From Candidatus Micrarchaeaceae archaeon (lineage in GTDB: Archaea; Micrarchaeota; Micrarchaeia; Micrarchaeales; CABMGC01): DNA of 64,000 bases. Each line of letters begins with the position of its first letter. Positions within the stretch are counted from its first letter, which is position 1. The translations under genes and the position numbers were made by a program. Where the stretch lies: NCBI GenBank assembly GCA_038877255.1, contig JAVYWZ010000001.1, positions 7,661 through 71,660 of the forward strand. Direction: 5' to 3'. Positions 8,846 through 17,124 of the stretch are shown in pieces. The notes under the pieces are model-generated. The model saw only the letters and a list, made by a program, of their open reading frames with translations, searched no databases and was not told the DNA's origin.

Positions 8846-9955
8846 TCATATCGCTCTCAAAAGCCCCGATGATTTGGTAGCACCGCCTATAAATTCTGAA
8901 ATTATCATTATACTCTCATATACTATTGCTATAATCAGCGCAGGATAGAAAAGTATACTCATCCAATAGGCGCCCATGCCCTGCTGTATGTTCTTTATGG
9001 CTAGAACAAGCGGGCTTGATGGGCTTATCGCGTTAGATATACTTGAACTTCCCTGGCCGTTTGCCGCAATAGCCTGTGCGCCCGAATACAGCACGGCCAA
9101 CGAACTCGAGCTTGTGAAGTAAAAAGCAACGGCAAAAAGCACAGGCATCAGGAAGTAGAATCCTATTGCTATCGCCATCATCATGCCGCCAATGCTCCTT
9201 GTAGGAAATATTGCACGCAGGATTATTCCCGGTATGAGGAATACAGGTATGCTCGCATACATGAAGAACAGTATCATGTAAAATTCGCTATAAAGCAAAA
9301 GCAACGCCTCGAGCACTATTGAGGAGATTGCGGCTACAGGAAGAAGGTAATAAACGGTTATAGGCAATGACCATAGCATAGAAATAGGAATCACGAAAGT
9401 TCCAACAGTTATCTTCAAGGTCAGGCTAGCGTAGAAGCTGCCTATCATATATGAATTGAACATTATTTTCTGTAGGTATATTGTCTGGTTTATATTTTTG
9501 CCTATATATGTAAGCGCAGTCGTATATGGATTTATGTTACCTGTAGTTATTGCAGGCAGTATCCCGAACATAGTTGCAGAAATGAATAGGAACATGGCAA
9601 CAATTATCATTGTTGCAACTGACTCGTATATTTCGCCTATGCCAAATTCTTTTATTTTGCTGTTCTTGGATGCAACCCCTATTGTGAATATTATAACTGC
9701 AAGCATGAACGATGCCAACACTACTAATATTGCAATAGGCTCCCACTTGGCCCATATTGCCGCAGCAGCTTGGTTTATTTGGTTACAGTACCATGGTGCG
9801 ACTGCCTGAGCAATCTCAGGGCACGAAGACACAGTAGGCGAAACCCCGGCTGCGCTGCCCCCATTGGAATTGATAATTGGGCGTGCATAAACAATGCCGG
9901 CGCCAATAATGAATAATATAAGTACGAAGACAGCAACATGTTTTGCTTTTATCAT
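8846..9955 (-). CDS. polytopic membrane protein, paralogue F of tandem family (369 aa)
   Basis: Signal-peptide-like N-terminus ('...IVYA|RP'). Block 1 'KIKEFGIGEIYES'. Block 2 'LRAIFPTRSIGG' (9185-9217). C-terminal block 3 'ISEFIGGATKSSGLLRAI'. Confidence 0.85.
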   Translation of the reverse strand: MIKAKHVAVFVLILFIIGAGIVYARPIINSNGGSAAGVSPTVSSCPEIAQAVAPWYCNQINQAAAAIWAKWEPIAILVVLASFMLAVIIFTIGVASKNSKIKEFGIGEIYESVATMIIVAMFLFISATMFGILPAITTGNINPYTTALTYIGKNINQTIYLQKIMFNSYMIGSFYASLTLKITVGTFVIPISMLWSLPITVYYLLPVAAISSIVLEALLLLYSEFYMILFFMYASIPVFLIPGIILRAIFPTRSIGGMMMAIAIGFYFLMPVLFAVAFYFTSSSSLAVLYSGAQAIAANGQGSSSISNAISPSSPLVLAIKNIQQGMGAYWMSILFYPALIIAIVYESIMIISEFIGGATKSSGLLRAI

Positions 9956-9962
9956 AATATCA

Positions 9963-10952
9963 CTATATCAATCTTGTCAAAATGCTCATGAAATCCATTC
10001 TTTCGCCTATCGCCTGCGAAAAGTCGCGTATGAACACATCTAAAATAGTTAATATGAACATAGGCATAAAAACAAAGCCTGCAATCACGTACCCGACAAA
10101 TTCTATAACAAGATAAATTCCAGTAATAGCTGGTAAAACCCCTGTGATTGGGTACATAATAAAACCAAGCACCAAAGTTATAGGGTTTGAAGACTCTATG
10201 AAAGAAAGCATTGCAGCAGCCGCTTTGCTTGAAATGGTGGCTCCTATAAAGCCATAACCTATCGAAACCAGCAGCGGAAACAATATTCCTATTCCTATGC
10301 CAAATGCTATCATGGCTCCGCCAAATGTCCTTGTAATAACAAACATGCGCGAAATCAACCCGATAGCCATAAATACTGCAAAAAGCAGCAAAGAAACGGA
10401 AAGCAACAAAAGAAGAACGTCGCTGAGCATATAGAAAACGAAAATCAGACTCAGCTCTGTAAAGTCTATTCCGAAACTTGTTGCAAGACCTTCTATCACA
10501 GTAGAAAAGCTAACATAATATAAGTTTGCGCTAATTGGAACAGAGAATATTGACGGTATAAGAAGTATATACGCCAAGTAGTTCAAATCAGAGAGATAGC
10601 CATTAAACGTATTAAGATCGCACATTGCAAGCGAATAGATGTCAAAGTTATTAGTGCACGAATAAGGCGAGACGCTATGAAGCAGGCTGCCAAAATTTAT
10701 GCTAGTAAACAGCGCCATGAATGCAAAGAAAATAAAGACAAGAGCGATTGAAAACATTACTTCATAAATCTTTATTTTCGCCCATGCGCGCAGATCAGTT
10801 CTGCCAAGCATTGGGCTTAATGCATAAATAACAGAGAGTATGCTGATTACTGCAAGCGCTCCGACAAGAGCCACAGGGAACCACACATATGCTGGCGAAG
10901 TTATTGTGCCGTAAATATTAAACAAGAGCGATGGGATTGCAAACATAATCAT
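9963..10952 (-). CDS. polytopic membrane protein, paralogue E (329 aa)
   Basis: Block 1 'LRAWAKIKIYEV'. Block 2 'SRMFVITRTFGG' (10317-10349). Block 3 'LDVFIRDFSQAIGERMDFMSILTRLI'. Start overlaps the upstream stop by 4 nt. Confidence 0.85.
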   Translation of the reverse strand: MIMFAIPSLLFNIYGTITSPAYVWFPVALVGALAVISILSVIYALSPMLGRTDLRAWAKIKIYEVMFSIALVFIFFAFMALFTSINFGSLLHSVSPYSCTNNFDIYSLAMCDLNTFNGYLSDLNYLAYILLIPSIFSVPISANLYYVSFSTVIEGLATSFGIDFTELSLIFVFYMLSDVLLLLLSVSLLLFAVFMAIGLISRMFVITRTFGGAMIAFGIGIGILFPLLVSIGYGFIGATISSKAAAAMLSFIESSNPITLVLGFIMYPITGVLPAITGIYLVIEFVGYVIAGFVFMPMFILTILDVFIRDFSQAIGERMDFMSILTRLI

Positions 10953-12106
10953 ATCACCTTCTTAAGAAGCCCCTTGCTTTCTAGAGATGGAGCGCCAAGT
11001 AGGTCACCAAGGCCTTCAAGCAGATCGAACGAAATCAAGAATGCAATCACAAGCCCAAGCAACTGCAATGCGCCGTATGCGAAAAAGTTAGCAAAGTCTG
11101 CTATTTCGGTCATTATTGAGGTTATGTTCACTCCTGCAAATATGCTTTCTAATACAGAAACGATATTTGTGGATACACTGGATAAACTCAAAGTCGGAAC
11201 AATGCTCTGTAAGGTACTAATTGTATTTGTTTGGAGTATGGAAAATGCATAAAGTATGCTCGGAAAAACTATGAAAAACGAGATAAACAGAGCCACCAAA
11301 GAGCCCCCTGCCGCACGTGTCCATGGAAAAGAACGTAACAATATTCCTACATATAATAATAGAGGGAATATGCTATAAATTATTCCTAGCAAGAAGCTCA
11401 TGCCAATGTATATTGCCAGCAATGCGTACACAACGGCGTTCTCCGTGCCTATTATTTTTGCATATGGGTATATGCCTGCAAAAGGCGAGTAGCTGTATTC
11501 AACACCGGTAATGCCGAACAAACCAGAGTTGCCTATCGCTACTTGGAAATTTTGAAGAATAGAAAGGTCTATGATATTTGGTGCCAGCAGGTAAAATATG
11601 TTTGATAAGCCGCGATTTATGCCGTTAGTCAAATATGTTGTGCAGAGGGTGCTGTATAGACCGCGAGTGCTGCTTATACTAGCAGCAGTGGTTGAGCCGG
11701 GAGATACAGAAACTATGGCAAGGTTGCTTAGAAATGAAACCGACCCGTCTATGACCCCTATGCCGCCCACTATAATGACAATAAGCAAGATATTGAAGAT
11801 GCTTTCGATATATTCCTTCTTAACAAACTCCATTAATGTAGGTATTCCAAAAGCCCTGCCTATGGCATAGATAATGCCAAGCACCACTAGAACCAATAGC
11901 ACAATAAGCAGCGAAATGCCCAATAGCGCAGAATAGCTGCTGCCTAAGTTAGGCGCACTGCTTAACATGTCGTTACAAAGCGGGCTTACTACTCCGTTTT
12001 CTAAATCTTGTATGAAGTTTCCTAAACTTTGTGCTTTGGAAACACCTGAAAGAAGCAGAAACAGCGTAATTCCAAGGAACACAAACATAAAATGTTGCAT
12101 GCGCAC
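10949..12106 (-). CDS. polytopic membrane protein, paralogue D (385 aa)
   Basis: Signal peptide '...GVSKA|QS'. Block 1 'MEFVKKEYIES'. Block 2 'LRSFPWTRAAGG' (11303-11335). Block 3 'FDLLEGLGDLLGAPSLESKGLLKKVI'. Confidence 0.85.
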   Translation of the reverse strand: MRMQHFMFVFLGITLFLLLSGVSKAQSLGNFIQDLENGVVSPLCNDMLSSAPNLGSSYSALLGISLLIVLLVLVVLGIIYAIGRAFGIPTLMEFVKKEYIESIFNILLIVIIVGGIGVIDGSVSFLSNLAIVSVSPGSTTAASISSTRGLYSTLCTTYLTNGINRGLSNIFYLLAPNIIDLSILQNFQVAIGNSGLFGITGVEYSYSPFAGIYPYAKIIGTENAVVYALLAIYIGMSFLLGIIYSIFPLLLYVGILLRSFPWTRAAGGSLVALFISFFIVFPSILYAFSILQTNTISTLQSIVPTLSLSSVSTNIVSVLESIFAGVNITSIMTEIADFANFFAYGALQLLGLVIAFLISFDLLEGLGDLLGAPSLESKGLLKKVI

Positions 12107-12117
12107 TTTGTCACCTG

Positions 12118-13824
12118 TTATATGAACCTGCTCAGACCTAATATGTCTGATTCTCCTCCTAATATTTTTGAAAGGCCGATTGCCGCACCGTACACTATTA
12201 AGATATTAAGCAGAGGCAGTATGAATGCGGTTATGCCAGTAATGCCATATATATTTGTAAACGCAATGCCAGCGCTAAATGCTTTTTCAGGAGTGCATGA
12301 TATTGTTGGCGGGTAGCCAGGTATTGCGCTTGGGAAATAACCTGTTATTGCAGACAGCGAAGTAAATGTAGCTAATCCCAGACCGTAGAAAGGTATAAGA
12401 TAAAAAGCGTCTGTTGCAAGTTCAAATGTTAGCAGATTCCCTGTTAAAGGCCAGCATGAGTAGTATTTTACTGTTTGCGTTGCATTTGGCAGTTGGAACA
12501 GCGCTATGCCTGAATTATGCGGAGTTGGGCTCGCAGGGCACATAGGTATGTATTCTGAAAGCTCGCTTCCACTGTAACATGCTCCAGAAGGCGCTGAGGA
12601 ATTTGGATCGCCGCAGACGCTTTCATATACATATGGTTTAGAAGAACTTGGGCAAAGTGTGTTATCAGTGGTGTAGCCGTTTTGGCACAGTTGAAACTGA
12701 GAAATCTGGCCTTCAGCTTTGCAATCCGGAGGCGAGCTTACTGTGCTTATATTGCCGCATGTGCCTTCATATACGTAATCGCCTGCTGGGCAGCCAACAC
12801 TGCTTGCCGAAGCATTGGTCAAAAGCTCAAACCCCGAAGTTGCGCCATAAACAAGGACGTTGCCGTTAGGCGCAAGCTCATATATTGGCGTGTAAGGTAT
12901 AACGTTGCTGCCTATTGGAAAAGAGGATTCTGTAGTGCCCAAGGAAGCATATTCAAACAAGAATATCAGAGGCCATATAATCAACAAGGCAATAACTATT
13001 CCGATGAGCAGGCCGCCAAGTCTACGTGTATACGGGGTTGCTCTGAATATTATTCCTGCTGCAAGAATATAAGGCCAAGTAACAAGAAGCATCAAAATTA
13101 CAAGCAACTGCACGATAAAAGAGTCTATTGAGAGTGCGCTGACTATGCCTACTGCAAGGCTCATTTTAGAAAGGAAGGAGTAGCCTGCCAAAGGGGTATA
13201 ATCAAAGTAAATAGCAGTTCCTCCTGCTGTGCCAAAGCCGCTCACTGACGTAAGCGCTCTAAGGAAGCTTATTGTGCCATCGTATACGTAAAATGCGTTT
13301 AGATTGTTTATCGCTTGGTTTGTTACGTTGGCAATCACTATGTAAGTAGCGGCAACTCCATAGTCTATTGAGCGCGTAAGTGAAGAGCTGCCGGAGCCTG
13401 AAGCCAGCGGCGAGATAATAGTGTTGCATATTGTGTTAGTGGGCGAAATTTCATTGCTATTTAGAAAGCGTATCTGCGAGTTTGACAGGCTGTTGCATAT
13501 GCTGCTGACGTGCTGCGCAGAAACTACTGAAATCGGGGAAAACATGGTAGTGCCAATAACGCTAAGCAGCCAAACTATTATCACTACAAGAATGCCTGTG
13601 CCTATTGCTTGAATAAATTCAGCTATCGCCCTGGACTTTACCTTTTTGTTATTAAGCAGATAACCGAATATGTAGTAAACAGAAGCTATTACCAAGCTTA
13701 GCAATATTGCTACAAAAACTACTGGAAGCCAGTTGCTAAACGCAGAATAACTAGGTATTGTTATGGTTTGGGCTCCTGCGAGTGGCAAAACAGACAATAG
13801 AGCAAGCAATGCAAATGCTTTCAT
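12118..13824 (-). CDS. polytopic membrane protein, paralogue C, with Cys-rich ecto-insert (568 aa)
   Basis: Signal peptide '...PLAGA|QT'. Block 1 'KSRAIAEFIQA'. Block 2 'FRATPYTRRLGG' (13012-13044). A ~180-aa loop after block 2 holds 9 Cys. Block 3 'LSKILGGESDILGLSRFI'. Confidence 0.85.
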   Translation of the reverse strand: MKAFALLALLSVLPLAGAQTITIPSYSAFSNWLPVVFVAILLSLVIASVYYIFGYLLNNKKVKSRAIAEFIQAIGTGILVVIIVWLLSVIGTTMFSPISVVSAQHVSSICNSLSNSQIRFLNSNEISPTNTICNTIISPLASGSGSSSLTRSIDYGVAATYIVIANVTNQAINNLNAFYVYDGTISFLRALTSVSGFGTAGGTAIYFDYTPLAGYSFLSKMSLAVGIVSALSIDSFIVQLLVILMLLVTWPYILAAGIIFRATPYTRRLGGLLIGIVIALLIIWPLIFLFEYASLGTTESSFPIGSNVIPYTPIYELAPNGNVLVYGATSGFELLTNASASSVGCPAGDYVYEGTCGNISTVSSPPDCKAEGQISQFQLCQNGYTTDNTLCPSSSKPYVYESVCGDPNSSAPSGACYSGSELSEYIPMCPASPTPHNSGIALFQLPNATQTVKYYSCWPLTGNLLTFELATDAFYLIPFYGLGLATFTSLSAITGYFPSAIPGYPPTISCTPEKAFSAGIAFTNIYGITGITAFILPLLNILIVYGAAIGLSKILGGESDILGLSRFI

Positions 13825-13897
13825 ATAAACACGCAGTCAAACAATTGCCGCACAACGCAATGCCATGCACAACAACCAAACTTATTAAACATGTATT

Positions 13898-15100
13898 TCA
13901 CCAAAAAGGTCCGCTGCTTACTATGCCTGATAGGGCATTAAGCCCTTTCGCAATGCCCGCAATAAAGCCAACAGTTATAAGCAAATCAAGCGCGATAAGC
14001 ACAACGCCTTCGAACGCATATTCAGAAATTATATTAGTATAATTGAATGCCACTGTAGGTGCGTCTATTAGAAGAGATAATATGCCTGACAAGCCAGGAG
14101 CGGCGCCTGCTGAATTAATGGCGCTGAAGAAATTTAATGAGACGCTTGCACCGTTTATTGGCACATTCGCGCTTGTAAACAGCGAAGAGGCAGAGACCGG
14201 CGGCGGGGTTACAGTAAGGTATTTTGTGTTCAACCAAGTGCATGAAGAAGATGGTGCGGTAGTGCCGCTTATAGAAATGCAGTTAGTGATGTAGCTGTTG
14301 AATGCTATTGTGAGCGGGAACACGAAGAAAAGCCCTATTGCCAATGCCAGAAACGTATTGGAAACTTCCCTGAGTTTTGGCCCGGTAAACGCAAGCGTGC
14401 GCATGAATATTGCGACAGGCAATATTACGGTAAGCGCTGCTGCCTGTATTATAGGCAGCGCAAGAAACAATATAAAAAGCACGCTAAATACAGCAAGCGT
14501 TACTGCGGTAAACGTACCTGAAAATACTGAAGAATATATGCTGAATATAGACATAAGCTCGCCCGCATCGATGCTTGGATATATTAGTATAGGGTTAGAG
14601 CTTTTGAGCATCGCAGAGTAAAAGCTAGTGACTTGAGAAGACACATAAGCGGCAGTCTGTTCCGCTATCGCATATTCTATTGCGGTAGTGTAAATTTGCG
14701 ACGCAAGGACTGTTCCTCTGTTGAATACTAAGTTGCCAATATAAAGTTCGTCGCTGTAAAATACGCCTGGGTACGTGTTTGTTTGCGAATTGGCTTGTGC
14801 CAGGCTTGCGCCTGAGTAACATGCAAAGTTGGAGATCAGCATAATGACAAATATTATGATAACGCTGAGAAACGCTTCAAAAAGCTCGTAGCGCACTACG
14901 CCTCTGAGCTTCTCGCGGTGCTGCACAGGCATTATGCCGCTTATTGCGTACATAAGGCTCGAAACCATCACTATCAGCATTACAAGCATTACGTTTATCT
15001 GGAGCCAATCAGAAGCAAGTGTGCCTCCATAGCCTATGCTCACCCCGCTTGAGATAAAGCCGCACGCAGGTGCCGAAGCGCTCAATAACAGGTTAAACAT
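13898..15100 (-). CDS. polytopic membrane protein, paralogue B, most divergent (400 aa)
   Basis: Block 1 'LRGVVRYELFEA'. Degenerate block 2 'FMRTLAFTGPKLRE...LALAIGLFFVFP' (~14366-14401). Block 3 'ALDLLITVGFIAGIAKGLNALSG'. No obvious signal peptide. Confidence 0.8.
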   Translation of the reverse strand: MFNLLLSASAPACGFISSGVSIGYGGTLASDWLQINVMLVMLIVMVSSLMYAISGIMPVQHREKLRGVVRYELFEAFLSVIIIFVIMLISNFACYSGASLAQANSQTNTYPGVFYSDELYIGNLVFNRGTVLASQIYTTAIEYAIAEQTAAYVSSQVTSFYSAMLKSSNPILIYPSIDAGELMSIFSIYSSVFSGTFTAVTLAVFSVLFILFLALPIIQAAALTVILPVAIFMRTLAFTGPKLREVSNTFLALAIGLFFVFPLTIAFNSYITNCISISGTTAPSSSCTWLNTKYLTVTPPPVSASSLFTSANVPINGASVSLNFFSAINSAGAAPGLSGILSLLIDAPTVAFNYTNIISEYAFEGVVLIALDLLITVGFIAGIAKGLNALSGIVSSGPFW

Positions 15101-15108
15101 CTAAACGC

Positions 15109-16248
15109 CTATGCAATCTTAAGCTTTTCACCAAGGCTGAGCCTGAATGTGCCGCCAAGCAGTTTTGCTATATTGTCACCAAGCGCATACACTATAACCA
15201 AATCCAATATAAACAGCAAGAGCTGCAGCACGAAATACATGCTAAATTGTATGTATATGCTTATGAAAGAATAAATTTGATATATATAATTAGAATAAGC
15301 CAGTGGCAGAACGCTGCTGAGAATGCCTAGGAAGCCAAGTGCGCCTGAACTGCTTCCAGTAACCTGAGGCAGCTGGGAAGGCATTACAAACGTAAAAGCG
15401 TTTGATACAGGAATGTTGAGCAGCACGAGCGTAGCAGGGTAAATGACTGCTAGCGCGATGCCGATGCCGATGAGCGTGCCGCCTATGTTTCGTATGAACG
15501 GAAATGCCCTGAATACTAGGCCAAGCGGAATAAGAAAGCCAAGCGCAACAATTATTATGTAAGGAAGGCCTACCTGCTGCACCACTATCATAAATGCGAG
15601 CGGCGTGATTATAAGACCAAACAAGTCATTTATCATTGACTCGTATGTGCCGGTTGTCGGGCCTTGCTCAAGAAGCTGGTTTGCATAAATTCTTGAACTG
15701 AATCCAAACTGAAGTATAAATGTGGTAATGGTTATTGGATAAGCGATCGTTAGCGTTATGCTTCTAAGAGCTCCGAGCGACACTGAAAGCGTGTAAAAAT
15801 TCTGAATGCCGATGCTGACATCGTTTTTAGTATTATTCAAATAGCAATTTGCAACTGTTTCGAGCGAGCTTATGTCGGCAGAATAGGTACCAAAAGAGGC
15901 GGTGCTGCAAGGCGCAGAAGCGCCTAACCCCGAGCTGTAGCTGTTGTAGACAAGCAGGCTAACACTACCGACAAAGGCGAGTATTGCGTATATGCCTATA
16001 ATTATCATTGCGCTCTTTGCTATCTCCCAGTATTCGTTGTCAAGCCAGCTCCTTATGCCAGTTCCTGGAACAAGCCTCGCAATAATATAGCCTATTGCAA
16101 CAACGTCTATCGAGATAGTGAGAGCGAGCATCGATATGCCAATGAACGTTACAGGAAGCGCGTATGTTGTTGGTGTTGTTGGAGCAGCACTGGAAATGCC
16201 AAGCTCCGCAAAAAATGAAAACATAAAAAGTAGCAACACCTTGCGCAT
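15109..16248 (-). CDS. polytopic membrane protein, paralogue A (379 aa)
   Basis: Signal peptide '...GISSA|AP'. Block 1 'SWLDNEYWEIAKS'. Block 2 'FRAFPFIRNIGG' (15478-15510). Block 3 'LDLVIVYALGDNIAKLLGGTFRLSLGEKLKIA'. Confidence 0.85.
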   Translation of the reverse strand: MRKVLLLFMFSFFAELGISSAAPTTPTTYALPVTFIGISMLALTISIDVVAIGYIIARLVPGTGIRSWLDNEYWEIAKSAMIIIGIYAILAFVGSVSLLVYNSYSSGLGASAPCSTASFGTYSADISSLETVANCYLNNTKNDVSIGIQNFYTLSVSLGALRSITLTIAYPITITTFILQFGFSSRIYANQLLEQGPTTGTYESMINDLFGLIITPLAFMIVVQQVGLPYIIIVALGFLIPLGLVFRAFPFIRNIGGTLIGIGIALAVIYPATLVLLNIPVSNAFTFVMPSQLPQVTGSSSGALGFLGILSSVLPLAYSNYIYQIYSFISIYIQFSMYFVLQLLLFILDLVIVYALGDNIAKLLGGTFRLSLGEKLKIA

Positions 16249-16293
16249 GCTCTCAATAGCTTTATTGCAACAAATAATTAAAACTGATGCCCT

Positions 16294-17025
16294 TCAGCGC
16301 CTTAGCATAGGAAACTTCTTCATATAAGCGTGTGCCTGATATATCACAAAATAAGGCACTACAAAGAGCGAATTAATAATGAGAAGCGCATATGCGGAGT
16401 AGACGTTGCCAAGCGCATGTATCAGCAGGAAATCAAGCACAGAAACTACGAGCACTATGAGAACAAGCCACAGCAGGAAATACTGTGGCATCGAAAATGA
16501 AAGCTTCGCGCTGTCCCTTAGCGCAACGCCTATGCGCTTGTTATCTATTACTATCGCTGTTGGCGCAAAGAAGAGCGCCATGAAAGCGAAAAAGCCAACG
16601 AGCGCAGTAAGAGCTCCGGCTATGCCAAGATAATACCCAATGGCGTCGGCAAGCACCAAAAGAAATAGATAGAAAAGAAGCACAACAAAAACCTTGCCTG
16701 TGTATTTCTCGCTGTTCATTATAACTGCCTTTGTTATTGCTGTGTGCGTTTTCGCCGATTTTACTATTAGGCTTATCGCAACGAATGAAAAGCTTAGGAA
16801 AAGAAGCGCAAAGAACAAAGCAATTATTATTATTGCAAGTGTTATCGGATTAGCGTTTACGAAAATGCCTGAAGTCCTTAGAAATATGGCACCTGAAGCA
16901 ACGTATGAAGGCAATGGAGCTATTACTGGTATTATGAACGAAATAAGGAAGGGAATTGAGAATAGGAGCACTAGCTTTATATGCTTTAAGTACGTTTCCA
17001 AAGAGTCTGAGAGCACATTCGACAT
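16294..17025 (-). CDS. polytopic membrane protein unrelated to the paralogue family (243 aa)
   Basis: ATG at 17025 (the track ORF starts at an upstream TTG). At least 6 hydrophobic segments and a basic C-terminus 'KKFPMLRR'. Sits 45 nt upstream of paralogue A on the same strand. Confidence 0.7.
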   Translation of the reverse strand: MSNVLSDSLETYLKHIKLVLLFSIPFLISFIIPVIAPLPSYVASGAIFLRTSGIFVNANPITLAIIIIALFFALLFLSFSFVAISLIVKSAKTHTAITKAVIMNSEKYTGKVFVVLLFYLFLLVLADAIGYYLGIAGALTALVGFFAFMALFFAPTAIVIDNKRIGVALRDSAKLSFSMPQYFLLWLVLIVLVVSVLDFLLIHALGNVYSAYALLIINSLFVVPYFVIYQAHAYMKKFPMLRR

Positions 17026-17106
17026 GCTTATGCATAAGCAATAAAAGTTAAAAAAGCAACAGCATTGGCTAGCGCTAATCAAAACAAAAGAATAAGAAAA
17101 AGAAAA

Positions 17107-17120
17107 GGAGCAAACAAAGG
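17107..17120 (-). other. 3' half of pre-23S processing stem
   Basis: 'ggagcaaacaaagg' is complementary to 19947-19960 (13 bp with one G.U in the RNA). It is followed on the transcribed strand by a T-rich run (17083-17106), plausibly a terminator. Confidence 0.6.
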
Positions 17121-17124
17121 CATA

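Noticed and set aside
9456-14621. Plus-strand ORFs inside the membrane-paralogue genes (e.g. 9456-9809, 12682-13131, 14298-14621)
   Set aside because: They are antisense to long ORFs that carry the conserved family motifs and signal peptides. Their composition is consistent with chance frames.
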